DNA of 63,826 nucleotides, the filler included, from Reclinomonas americana ATCC 50394 (taxonomy: Eukaryota), in NCBI GenBank assembly GCA_048213135.1. It is 7 parts of 3 records of this genome, joined end to end, with 100 filler letters (N's around TTAATTAATTAA, not from the genome) between each part and the next. Parts side by side here need not be neighbours in the genome. Positions count along the whole stretch, not along the records: positions 15,368 to 46,388 come from PS015327.1; 6 more parts are not named here. One strand, written 5' to 3'. Position 1 is the first letter of the stretch; every line of letters begins with the position of its first letter. Both the position numbers and the translations under genes were made by a program. Below the pieces are notes generated by a model. It did no database searches, was not told the DNA's origin, and worked only from the letters and a program-made list of their open reading frames with translations. Below, in pieces: positions 15,585-28,445 of the stretch.

Positions 15585-16684
15585 ATGACGTCCAAGGTGT
15601 GCTCGTGTTGTCTCTCATCTCTGTCATGCTTCCGTGTGTTTCACCATGAGCGCAGGTCTTGAAGAGAGACGCGGGCGAGGTGTCATGTATCGCCATTACA
15701 CCCGATGGTCAGCACATTGTATGCGGTGACACCGGTGGCCAGCTTTGCGTGTGGTCGCTGGCGAGTGGAGAGGAAGTGCGTCGGTACGAATACGATGACG
15801 CTATCTGGGCTCTTGCTGTCACCCCAGGCGGGCAGCACATCGTGTGTGGGAGCGAAGACTGCACTGTTGCAGTGCTTTCCGTTGAGAGTGGAGAAAGAGT
15901 GAGTCGTTTGAAAGGGCACACTTGGTGGGTGGTTTGTGTCGCTATTGCCAGCGACGATCAACACGTCGTGAGTGGCAGTCTTGACTGTTCAGTGCGAGTG
16001 TGGTCACTGGCGACTGGCAATGAGGTGCGACGATTAGTGGGACACACAGATTTTGTGTATTCTGTCGCTGTCTCACCAGACAGTCAGCACGCGGTGAGCG
16101 GGAGTTGGGACAAGACTGTGCGAGTGTGGTCGCTGGCGAGTGGTGAGGAGGTGCGACGACTGGAGGGGCACACTGCATGTGTGTTTTCAGTCGCGGTCGC
16201 TTCAGATGGCCAGCATATAGTGAGTGGTAGTTTGGATAATACGGTGCGAGTGTGGTCACTGGCGACTGGGCAAGAAGTGCGACGCTTGGAGGGACACACC
16301 GATTGTGTGTATTCCGTCGCCATCGCCCGAGACGATCAGCACATAATAAGTGGGAGCTCTGACAGGACAGTCCGAGTGTGGTCACTGACGAGTGGCGAAG
16401 AAGTGCGACGATTGCAGGGACATACATTCGGAGTGCGTTGTGTCGCCATCGCCCCCGACGGGCAGCACATTGTCAGTAGCAGTGATGACGAAACGATTCG
16501 AGTGTGGTCGTCGCCGCGTGGCCTTGCCCATCAGGAGCTCTTGGCGGCTCGTTCAGCCGTGCTGGCCGTCAACGAGCTGCTTGATGATGAGGAGGATCAC
16601 GAGTGGATTCTTGTCGATGTGGTGCTGCGGTGCTTTGTGGCGGAGGACGCCGAAGTGATTGAACGCCGTACGCCGGGGTGGTGA
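15585..16684 (+). CDS. WD40 array copy 6
   Basis: Exon 15585-15596 (MTSK), intron 15597-15655; seven WD40 repeats plus tail. Confidence 0.88.
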
Positions 16685-16949
16685 GCGATGAGCAAAGGGG
16701 TTGAACCCTGGTATTCGAATGATGATGCATTACTCTCCTGTTGGTGGGTTCTAGCGGCGAAGACAGACATTCGTAGGGCGTGTGGACCGTGGTGCCTAGT
16801 GCCATTGGGTGGAGAGCGAGAGGAAGGAGCGAGAGGGGACAGCGCACACGATGAAGCGGTCCACCGTCCAGTGAAGTCATCTTCTCGTGAGTCTCTGTGA
16901 TGGATTACATGGGAGAACGTGCACATTTCCTTTCGTGTTCTATTCACTA

Positions 16950-19900
16950 TCAAGTGACCTCCTCCACGTCGTCATCACCATCGGCGCCGGGCAAAACGGG
17001 ATTCACTTGTGCGGGAGGCGGTCGCCTGCGCGGACCGCGAAGTGCGCGCAGGTGGCTACGCGAGGCGAGATGTGCTTGCCAGCTGACATCGCCTTGGAAA
17101 CGACGACCGCCACATGCGTCGCACGTGTGCACCGAGCGCAAAAGCAGCGAATTGGCGGAGAGGCCGGAGGTGGTGGCGGGATCTGGTGGGTCGTCGGGGA
17201 GCGGCGGAAGGCGGCCGGCAAAGAAATCTGCACAGGCGTTTTTTGAGCGTCTTTCCATATAATGTATGCAGGCAGGCACGCATACGCACCTGCGGCCTCG
17301 TCGCGCAGGCGAGCCACCTCCGCAGGCCACTGCGTGAGGTCTGAGGCATAGGTGATGGAGGTGTGAGACGGATGGCAGAGTTCTGCAATGGAGAGGTGGA
17401 GACGTGACGAAACCCGATGAATCCGCCTGTCGCCAGTAAAAGTACTTGTCGGCCAGCGGTCGCAGCGTGTTGGTGATGTACTTGTGCTGGCGCATGGCCA
17501 AGTGTACAGTGTGCGTCACGAGCGAGGTAATGGAGGTGGCGAGCAGGCCTAAACGAGTAGAGGGATGAGAAGGGGGAGGAAGGGGCAAAGTGAGGGAAGA
17601 CGAAAATGGGAGCCAGTAGAAATGGCAGGTGGCGAGCGATTGAGGGAGCAGAGTGAGTGATCAAGAACGAGGAAGGAGAGTAAAGATCGAGGCCAAAGTG
17701 CAGGCAAGAGAGGAGGGCAAACAAAGAGATACCAAGAGATCGGCAGCAGACAGTGAGAAACCAAGGCAGAATAGCGAGCACACGAGAGAGGAGAGGGAGC
17801 ACGCAAGGTAGGAGGGTGAGAGATTGAGGCAGGAGAGCGAGAAAACTAAGCAGCAAGCCCAGCGAACGGCAAGTGGGAAAGGAGAGTGAGAGACGGAGAC
17901 AGAAGTGCAGAAACGGAAAGAGCAAACAAAAGGGAGAGCACACGATCGGCAATTGGGAGCGAAAGGGCGAGCGTCCAAGGTAAGAGACCATTGGAGGAAT
18001 GCAGGGAGTGAGCTTATGGGGACGGAGAGTGAGCAACCAAGATGGCAGACGAACAGGGAGACCGAAACCCCAGTAACTCAGAGCGTGCGAGCTTTCACTG
18101 TAGGAGACTGAGAAGACAATTATGGAGAGTGAAAGATGAGAGAGAGAGAGAGAGAGAGACAGAGCAACGCTGGAGAGAGAGAGGCAGCACAAGACGAGAG
18201 AGACGAAAAGTCGAGGAAGGAGAGGGAGCGATCAAAAACAAGAACTGGACTGCAAGAAGAAAGTCTACGTTGAGGAAGCAAACACGGAGATTGGTAAGAA
18301 AGGAACTGGGGAAGAGAGTGTGTGTGAGAGAGAGAAAGAGTATGCTGTCCAACTGTGCGCAATTCACGAGAGCTGATGCAAGTCCCTTGCTTTTTTCGTG
18401 CGCCTCACCCTCATCCTCCACCACACCCTCGCCCGCCTCGACATATCCCAGAAACTCCTTGCACCCGATCGACTGCAGCAACCCGCGCTCCGTGTCCGCC
18501 ACATCTACGGCACGCTGACGGCACTCGGCAACAAACTCTCGGATCTCGTTCAGCAAGCCGCGCTGCCGTCGTCGCACATGCGATTAGCATGAAAACAAGA
18601 TGCTTCCGCCCTCAGATCACACACCTCCACCATCTTGTCGACGCGCTCCCGTAACCTCTCGTCTAGCACCTCCTTGTTGCAGTGCGTGTGCACAAACATC
18701 ACATTCGATGGCCGGAATCTGCCCTCGCCAATGTCTGTCCCTCACGCTCACACTCCCACTACTCCCTCCAGAGTCACTCACCTCGGTCGCTGCGAACAGG
18801 CACCAGCCGCGGCGTCACTGCCCTCCCCCGCTGCTGCTGCTGCTGCTGCCGACTCAGCGCCACGAATGAGCTCACTCTGCGGCCTGCCCGTCTCCGCAAA
18901 GATCTCCAAGCTGCGCCGTACACGCCGCACGTCGTTCTGATGCAATCGCTCCGCCATCCACGGGTCCACCTCCTGCAGTCGCCGATACAGCTCCTCGCCG
19001 CTCAATCCGTCCAGCTCCGAGTGTACAGCCGCCTGCTCGCCGGCCTGGGAGGCCAGTGCGTGCACCAGCAACGAGCGCAGGTAGTAGTGTGTGCCGCCGA
19101 CAATGACAATTGGGTGGCCGCGGCGGGAAATGTCACGAATCTGTGGAGGGGGAAGGGTGGAGGCAAAGGGGATAAGAGGGGAGAGGGGGAAAGGAGATGG
19201 GGGAGGTGAGAAGGGAGAGAGAAGGGAGAGAGAAGGGAAGGGAATGGGAAGGGAAAGAGGCACAAAGAATGGAAAGAAAAGGAGAACAGTGGGAGATGGG
19301 ACAGCGAAAGAAATCAAGGCAGGATGATGGAGTGAGGGGAGAGTGAGAAACCAGCGAGAGAAAGAGAGAGAAAGAGAGGGAGAGGAAAAGAGAATGACGA
19401 AAAACGGTGAAAGGAACAGAAAGAGGAAGGGACAAAGAATGGAAAATGAAGGAGAAAGGATGGCGAAAGAAAGAAAATGGGGTGAGGGAGAGCGGGAGGA
19501 AAGACAAAGACTGGAGAACGACAAAGACAGAACAAGGGGGACAACGTGTGAGAAACGAGAGACAACTGAGAGAGACATAGATGGAAAAGAGGAGATAGGA
19601 GAGTGGACGGGAAAGAGAGAGAAGTGCGCGAAGAAATGACAATTTGGAGAGTGAAGATGAGAGAGAGAGACAGAGCAACGCTGGAGAGAGAGACAACACA
19701 AGACGAAAGAGAGCGAAAAGTCGAGGAAGGAGAGGGAGCGATCAAAAACAAGAACTGGACTGCATAGAAAACAAACCGCAAGAAGAAGTCTATGTTGAGG
19801 AAGATTGGTTAGAAAGGAACTGGGGAAGAGAGAGTAGTGCGCGAAGAAATGACGAAAGAAACAGAGCGGCAGTGACTGCCGACCAATCTCACCAGCTCCA

Positions 19901-21015
19901 ACGCCATGCGCACAAAGTCGACCACCGTTAGCTGCTCGCCAACGCGCGTGATCGACAACAAGTGGTGTGGAACGCCACACATTTCCTCCTCGGTGACCTT
20001 GTTGGTCGCTATGTCCAGGCCCACGTACATCTAGGAAGAGGCAAAGTGAGAGAGGAGAGAGAGGGAGAAGGAGGAGGAGAAGGAGGTGGAGGAGGAAGAG
20101 GAGGAGGATGAGTGAGAAGGGGGAGTGTGTGAGAGAGATAAGGAGGAGGAGAAGGAGGAGGAGGAGGAGGATGAGGAGAAGGGAGAAGAAGTGATAATCA
20201 TTGAGGACAAGAAGAAGGCGGAGCGAAGCAAAGAAGCACGGGGAGACAGCGAAGAATAGAAGCAGGAGAGGAGGAGACAGAAAAAGGAGGAAGGGGGAGA
20301 GAGATGGAGAAAGAGAAGTTGCTGGTTGATAAAGGCGAAGAAGGAGGTGCAGATATGCAGAGAAGGGAAACAGTGGAGAGACTGAGTTGCAAGGCGATGC
20401 TGAATAACGGTGATGAAGAGCAAGGGGAAGAAGACGAAGACAAAGAAGAGAAGGGAGGAAGAGGAGGACTAGAGAAACGAGAGGTGCTGTGCTGACGGAG
20501 AAGGCTGGAGGAGGAGACGAATAAGGGAGTCAGAGAAGGGAGTGCGAGGAGCGACAAAGATAGAGAAGGGAAGATTGAAGAGACATATCAAGGAGCGAGA
20601 CTGAGAAGGAGACAGAGACAGAGAAGACGAAGGCGAAGAAGGGAAGACTGAAGGAGGGGACTTAGAAGGGAGTCAGAGGGGACACGAGAAGGGGGGGGAG
20701 ACAGAGAAGGGTGGGAGAAAAGGGACATAGAGAATGTAATGCAGATGATGATCACAATGAAGAAGAAGAGGAAAGGCAAAGGGACAGGAGAGAGAGAGAG
20801 TGAGAGAGAGAGAGACAGACAGAAGAACAAGTGTGAGAGACTCTCCCTCCCACCTGCATCGCATCGGCATTGATGATTTCGGCATTGACATGTTTGGCGA
20901 TCTCGACTGCCAGCTGCGTCTTACCGGCGCCGGTGGGACCGCCAACGACCACGAGCTTTGCTGAGCGAGACACGTCATCGACAGGGCCACTGCCACTGCT
21001 GCTCCCGCCACTCAT
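16950..21015 (-). CDS. TRIT1: tRNA dimethylallyltransferase (MOD5/TRIT1 type) with C-terminal zinc finger, multi-exon
   Basis: VVVGGPTGAGKT, IINADAMQ|MYVGLDIATNK, VPHHLL, IVGGTHYY, LQEVDP...LHQNDVRRVRRSLEIF, QSIGCKEF, CDACG...WQAHLASRSH. Confidence 0.92.
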
Positions 21016-21875
21016 GATATCGAAGGATGACGAAGGAGGAGGACAGGCGACGTTTTTCATTCATGCAACTGCAACTGCTTCTTCTGTATGCCAAACAGCA
21101 ATGCAGGCGCAAGATGGTCATCATCTTGAGTGAGAACCAGCTGCAGAAACTGAGACATCCGAAGCAATCGAGACGTTTCATGAGTTGTCGGAGGTGGAAG
21201 AGCTCGAGGGCCTGAGCCTTGTGAGCCCTCTGCATTCGTACCCTTGATACGCTGGATCCACCACCTCTCCGTCGCATTGCAGTTCCTTGTTTTGTGATCA
21301 TGTGGGAACGCTTGAGTTGATTCCCACCTTCCTGGTCGTGACTTCCAACCCTTGATCTGCCCGCTTCATGCAGTGGCAACCCTTGAGACTGCTCACCTCC
21401 ATCGTTCTCGTCGCGTTGGTGCCAAATGCTCAGTCGTCACTCAGCTGGTTCTGTACTCCGACTCTTCATCTCAGAGTAAAGTCTCGTCTCACGAACCCAG
21501 CAACAATCATGGAGGTGACCGTTTCGTGATATCCTACGTTGCCTTGCGTACATGTGGCAAACCTCCGCCATCATCTCCTTATTGTCATGGTAATGTTGGT
21601 ACAACGCATCACGTGACAACTCTGCAGCCCCTCTTCAACCTGCGATCTTGAACTTTTCTCTCTCTCTCTCTCTCTCTCTCGACCTTCGACTCTCTGTCCC
21701 CCAAACCATGGCACCATTCTCGCTTTACCATGCTTGTTTCACCCTTCGACTCTCTGATCCTTGCACCCTTGTCCTTTTCATGACAGCCGGGCAGGTAGGG
21801 AAGGCTGACCAATCACTCTCCCCGCGGTCTTCCCCTCCGAGAGCTCTCAGCGCGCTTGTCGACACTGTCGGCACG

Positions 21876-23647
21876 TCAGTCCTCGCGAATGTTGTACGAT
21901 TTCACCAGGTGATCGTTGCAGGCCAGTGCTGTCGGTCAATGATGAGCACAACAACAATACCCACTTTTTTCTGGAATGATTGGGCGACTCACCGAGCGCG
22001 CCAACCTCGTGCACGTTCCAGTCGATGGCATTCACCCAGTCCTCCATCTTTTGCGACTTGAATTGCGAGAGTCGGCCGCCGTGCGCGTCGGTGGTGTGCG
22101 ATCGAGCGCGGCGTGATGGGAGTACCGACGATGGCGGCAGTGCATCGGCACTGCGCGTGGCTGCCTTGACGCCCTCCGACATGTCCCACAGTCGCAGCGT
22201 GCGATCGCAGGAGGAGGAGGCGAGGAGTCGTTCCGAGTGCGGCGACCACGCCAGGTCAGTGATCAGCGAGTAGTGTGCGTCGGGAATGTAGGCCACGGGT
22301 CCGGCCTTCGGCGCCCGCGTATCCCACACGCGAATGGCGTTGTCTTGCAGTGAGGCCGTGGCCAGCACGTGCTCCTGGTACGGGTGACGTGCGAGGCGCA
22401 CTCCGCACTCCGCCTCGCCACCACCGCTGCTAATGGAGAAGCGAGAGGCGGCACTGCTCTCGCGCATGTCCCACAGGTACACCGTGCCGTGGTCGTCAAT
22501 GGCTGGGCGCTTATAGTAAGAAGAAGCGCGTGCGGCGCTTTTTGAGTGATGCTGCTCACCTTGAAACTCAAACTGCTTGTGCGTGTTCCACGCGGCATCT
22601 TGCACGCGCGCACCGTCGTCTGTCTCATACGCGTGCAGCGGGCCGTCTTCCGTTTGCATCACATTGAATACGTGTGTCGCAGTGTCGTCGCCAGCCGCCA
22701 GCAGCCAGTCGAGTGAGATGCGATCCCAGTCGATGGTGCGAGTCTGCCGATCAAGTGAGAGACGGTGGGAAGGGAGGGGAGAGAAGGAGAAGCATAGACT
22801 TGCCTGACTCGGCAAGTGCCACTCGCGAAACATGCAGTCGATGTTGCTGGTGTCGAAGAAACGCAGGGCGCGGTCGGCGCAGCTGGCGGCTACGACGGAG
22901 CGGTCGCGCTGGGACCTGTGGAAAAGGGGAAGGGGAATAAGGGGAAGGGGGATAAGGGTAAGGGAGGGGGAGGAAGAGGGGAAGCGTCGATCAAGGGCAC
23001 GACAACACGCACCACGCCAGTCGCTCAGTGCCGACATTGAGCTGCACCTGCGTGTCGATCTGCAAGTCGGACTCGGGGAGGAACTCGAGAAAGTAGAGAA
23101 TGCCGGTGGCCGGAGTGTGGCCTGGTCGACTGGCGGTGGCCACCTGCGAAAAAGGCGAAGGGAGGGATGAGGGAAAGGGGAGAAAAGAGAAGGGGAATGA
23201 AAGAAGGAGGTCGACACGTGAGCGACTGAGGAAGAAGCGACTGAGGCTGAGCGAAGAACAAAACATGGGAGGAGGAGCGACTGAGAGTGACTGAGAGGAG
23301 AAAGGATTGAGAACAAGAGTCTGTGAGGAAGAGTGGCAAAGGGAGGAGACAGAGGGAGGGGACAGAGGGAGGAGCGACTGAGAGTGACTGAGAGGAGGAG
23401 TGACTGAGAGGAGGAGCGACTGAGAACAAGAGACTGAGGGAAGAGAGACTGAGAGAGAATGAGTGATTGAGGACAAGAGACTGAGGGAGGAGCGACTGAG
23501 AACAAGAGACTGAGGGAGGAAGAGCGACTGAGAGTGAATGAGTGACTGAGCGCGAGACAAGAGAATGCTCACCGCCAGCTTGTTCTCCTCAAAGGGAGAC
23601 CATTGCAGATCACCAGGATCGTCCACGAGGCATATACCAACGCCCAT
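21876..23647 (-). CDS. WD40 protein, PEX7 (PTS2 receptor)-like, multi-exon
   Basis: N-terminal LQWSPFEENKLA|VATA resembles PEX7; AHYSLITDLAWSPHSERLLASSSCDRTLRLWD; WVNAIDWN; last exon ALACNDHLVKSYNIRED*. Confidence 0.65.
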
Positions 23648-24396
23648 TCTCACAAACACTCTCAATGTCCTGCACTTGTCCTTCACTGTCACAATCATTC
23701 ATGCCTCGCGCGCATTGCCTGTCGCTTTCCCTTCTTCTTCCTCTTCTTCTCTCCCTCTTCTTTGTCATTGCTCTGTGTGTCATCGCTGATGCAGTGGGCG
23801 CGGATGAGGAAGACGAGGGATTGTGCATGATGAAGAGTGTGAAACCGGTGTGTGATGGCGTCATCAATGCAGAGAAAGGGAGAGTGATGAAGGGAAAGGG
23901 AGTGAGAAGGAGGAGAGAGACAGGTGATGACAAGGTGCACCAAGGCGACGACTTAGGCACCAGAAGTGAGTGAATGAGTGATTGAGAGAGAGAGAGAGTG
24001 CAACGGAGAGGGAGAAGAGAGAGACAGAGTGCACCAAGAGCTGAGTGAATGCAAGAGAGAGAGAGAGAGGTGATGACTACGTGTGCTACGAGTTGACTAA
24101 GACTGTTGCAGCTGAAGTGAGTGAATGAGTGAGGATGAGAAGGAGTGACAGTGAGGCGAGAGAGACAACTCATTTGGTCACCTGCACACTGTCTCTCTCT
24201 CTCTTGTCTCCTCCTCCTCCTCCTCCTCCTCTTCCTCTTCCTCTTCCTCCTCCTCTTCCTCCTCCTCCTCTTCTACCTCTTCATCATCTTCCTCTTCTTT
24301 CCCCTCCTTCTCCTCCTCTTCCTCTTCCTCTTGCCTCATTCACTCTCCTCCTCCTCCTTCTCTCACTCTCCCTCTCCTTCCCTTCTTCTCTTTCAG

Positions 24397-25228
24397 TCTT
24401 GTGGTGGCGCTGCGATTGACGGCGACGAGGATCTGTTTGCTGCGTTCTCTGGAGGGGCCGTGGCATCGCATGCTGCGGCTGCCGGGCACGAAGTGGACGA
24501 GGTGGATGACGTGGATGTCGGTGAGTGAATTGTTCTGGTCTGGGAGGGTTGTGTCGCACGGGCTCACTGGCATGTCGTGCAGACTTGGGTCTGTGAATGT
24601 GTAGGGAAAGGGCAATGTACTTCAACTGTTTACCTCTCGGGCACGAGGCTGCCCTCCGCAGGGTGTCATCGATCTGCAGCTCTGCCCGGCATGCACGACG
24701 CATCTGATCCACGATTCTGTGAAGCTGCGGATACAAGAACGAGCTTCTTCAAGCTCGTGCACGATTGTCATCGCACGAGCAACCCTCCCGGCAGGCAGTA
24801 TAGAGCGCAGCTGAGCAAGCTATCACTGGAGCGCCTGGGATGCAGTGGAACAAGTTGCGACTCCTTCGTGGTAGACATCTGTGATGCAAACTCAGCGTTT
24901 CCAGCGCGGAGTATTGTTTCGAGCAAGCCGCAACGTTCTGACCACAAGAGTTCGCTTTGTGCAGCAGCACCAGTGTCCGCTTGCAGGGCCCACCCTGCTG
25001 TTCGTGTACGAGAGAGTCTCACGTGTTTCCAGACCTCCACCGCTCTGCTTACCGAAATTAATGGCGTTCCTCTGTGCAGTCCTGCTCACTGCAGCTGACA
25101 TCAGCAGCACAGGTGTTGACGAATGGAAGGCATGTCGCGAAGGAGTCACGCGTGCTCTAGCAGCTGTGCAACTCCGGTTGTCTGGAGTGTCAGTGATGGC
25201 CTCGCGTTTGCCGGTGTCGACAGCTTGA
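24397..25228 (+). CDS. Probable multi-exon hypothetical gene; structure unresolved
   Basis: Clean AG/GT-bounded exon ~24397-24520 after a polypyrimidine tract, followed by further GC-rich segments (e.g. GVIDLQLCPACTTHL). Confidence 0.3.
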
Positions 25229-28200
25229 ATGTTGGCATGCGTACGCGTGTTTCCGCGGCTTCACTTCTCCAGAACGAGTGACTGCCGTAATGAGCAATGC
25301 TTGCATTCTAAGCTGTAGAGCGGCGAACGCACGCGTGCGCATTATGTTACTCCTCCGTGGCATGCCCATTCGAGCTGTGTACGCCGGTGGTTATTGCTGG
25401 AGCGTCATCGACAATCCTGGCAAGCAGTGCTATGAGGTCGTGGAAACACGACAGCCCACAGCAAGCCGCGATGAGAGCGACAGTACATTCTCCTGGACGT
25501 CCTGCAATCGAGCCACCCTTCCCCGTTATCCCCCCTTCCCCCTCCCCTCCCCTCCCCATTTTCGTTTTCCAAATCCAACAAAAATAATCGGCACTGCGGT
25601 GTGTGGATCACTCAACTCGTTTTCCCTCCTCCCCCCACCTCCCCGCACCACAACCAAGCCGCGCCGTCACACTGCAGTCGAGTCGAGTGGGACCGGCACA
25701 CATGCACCCACGAGTGCGGCAACAAAGCAAGCACCGTGAGGCAGTGGCACGCTCAGCACTCGACCGTGTCGACCAGTGTGACGAGCGCAGGGCGAGCGCA
25801 GGGAGTGCCGCCATTGGGGGGAAACACCAAATCAGTGCCAGATTAGGCGGCGTTCCGCAACCCGTGAGGGTGCGGAACATTGAGAAGTAGACACAGACAG
25901 AGAGATTTAGAAGGGGGAAGGGAAAGAGCAGCTGCGTACGAGTCGCCCTGGATGAACAAAAATGCATGTGTGCACGCAATCGAAACGCATCGCTAACGTG
26001 CTCCTCGTCGACACCAAAAAGTGCCAGTGTGCCAGTCGGTGTGAGCGCGCGGGCGTGTGCACGACAGCGAGCCACGTGACACGGCGATCGCGATGCAACG
26101 AGGAAAACGCGGACCTCTGTGTGAATTGCCGTGAGGCAACACCGACCGTGCGTGCGACAGCCACTCGCCCCAACGCGATCACCGGTGGCGAAGCGCCACC
26201 ACACATGGAGCAAGAGCTGCGCTGCTGTCGGGCACGCATCGCAACCGGCGGCACATGTTCTCGCTGCCGTGCACCGCACACCGCCAGACCGCTCACACAA
26301 AATCGACCAATGGCACACCACGAACGTACTGAGACAGGAGACGGGCCGACACGCACACAAGTACGCACACACATGCACATTCATCCAATGCGTCACGATG
26401 GGCCTCCGCGAGACAATGGTGATATCTCGCAGCACCCACAGCAGCAAAGTACAGAAAAGAGAAGGGGGGGAGAGATTCCCTCCACCCGCCGAGACACTGA
26501 AAGTGTGACTGAGTCACACTCCAGCAGGGTGGGTGCACTCGTGGAAACGGCTGGTGGTACGAGGGCGTTGCTGGGTGAGCACAACACGGGAGCAACAGAG
26601 CGACACGACTATCAGTTGTGGGGGTGGGTTGTGGCGGGCGACGAACGGGGCCTCGCTCTCACGAAGAAACGAGAGAGCGAGAACAGTCACAACGAGACAC
26701 GAGACCGGCAACACGACACGCCACAGCAAGCACGCGTGCATGCCACCGACAGGGAAGCGGCAAGAACATTGCCAACACAGACTGCAATCCCGTGCCCCTC
26801 GTGCGTGCAGGTGCACAACGCCGTGCAGTACTATACAGCCCCGTACACAGAGTCACAGAGGAGGACGCACCAGCAACGAAGAGGCGGAATCAGCCCACCT
26901 CACTCAATCCCCACACCACTATCAGCACGCGCGCGAGAGAGATGCGAGGGAGACTCTATTCTGCGAGAGACGAGCGCACGATCCAGCTGTCGGCCTTTGT
27001 CCTTGATTCAAACAAGGGGGGGAGGGAAAAGGCCGGAAAAAAGGCCCCCCTGACAGGCAACAACACAAGAACGGAAGAGTGGCGAACAAGGCACCACTCA
27101 CCACATGTTTTTTGGTCAAGGGTCAGGGCGTGGAGAACCGGATCCATCGGCGCAACGAGGGCGGCCGCCAACCAACGAACACCAAACAAGAGACTGACAC
27201 GGAGACGGCTACCAACGCACACCAACTCAAAAAGAGTGGTGTGCACAGCACGGTTGACCAAAAGCCATGGAAAACCACACCCAATCCGTAGCTCGTTGGG
27301 ATCGCTTGCAGAGCGACACCGACGCCCGCGCACACGACAGACAGACAGTTCACAGACACGCAACCTCGGGGCTGGTATCGCCATTGCTCTCATAACTCAC
27401 AAGAAAAGGGCCTCCACCACCTCACACACACAGAACAGCCTCTCGCGCGCGTGCTATATACACAGTGGAAGAGTGGAGAGATGCCAGTGACCCAATGCTC
27501 TGCAGACCGCAGTGACGCACAATGCCGAGTTCCCGCCAGATCAGTGTGCACCCGCAAGTGAGACAAAAGGAAGAGAGGAGAAGATCTCTCACATAAGAGT
27601 CGCACGTGTGACATGCATTCAAGCAAGCCGACAGGGAAAAAAGCCGAGAGGGAACACACGATGGAAAAGTGATGATTAACCGTTCGCCGCCCGCATATAA
27701 AAACACAAACCGCTCTCTCCCGCCCACATCGTGTCGCTCTGTGTGTGCTCACAACGTGTGCGCTCTCAGCGTGCAGAGAAGAGTGCAAAGTGTGTGTGTG
27801 ACGCCCTCATTCCTCGCGTGTGCGAGGTACCACGCAAAGTCGACCGAGAGAGTGCACTGAGACACCCCGGAGGGAATGCATGGGTGTGCGTGTGGTGGTG
27901 AATGACGAGGAGCTCGTTTAAGAGACTCGTGTGCCTAGCGCGCATTCAGCCAGCCACAGCAGCGGCATCCCTCTGCAGGGCGAGTGGAAAGGAGAAAGAG
28001 GCGGTAAATTACAGGACTGTAAATGCGTTTCTCATAAGCAAACAAAGGAGGGCTTACTTGATTGAAAGATGAGCACGAACGAAAGGCTAGAAGGCAGCTG
28101 AAGGTTTCGTGGGGGTGTTTTTGGCAATGAGGTGAGCAGCGATCGCGAACACGAGGTCGAGGATAATTTGTGACTTTTGTTTACCTGTGGTTTCTGGAAG

Positions 28201-28445
28201 TGAAGAACGAGCTGTCGACGTAGTAATTGTCTCTGTACTCGTTCTTCTTTCAGTTTGCTTCATTGTTGCATATGGTGACTGCTCGTTCCACGTGCACTGA
28301 AAGAAACTGAATCATGCAATTGATGGTTCTTGTTTTCTCAGATCTTCTTATCGAATCGCTTCTGTTGCCCTCCTCACTTGTGGGTTGCGGCAGGAAGTGC
28401 GTAGGATAAGCTGCAGCAGGGGAACTGCAGAGCAAGACGGAATTC

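Noticed and set aside
8206..16684. Array units as exons of one giant gene via the TG|GTGAG donor-like sequence at each stop
   Set aside because: That donor is phase 2: joining to the next unit's main acceptor is out of frame, and joining to the CAG|AATG site recreates TGA. Each unit has its own ATG exon and stop.
25600..27850. Possible multi-exon gene or long ORFs
   Set aside because: Coding-like composition but no consistent exon chain or recognisable motif
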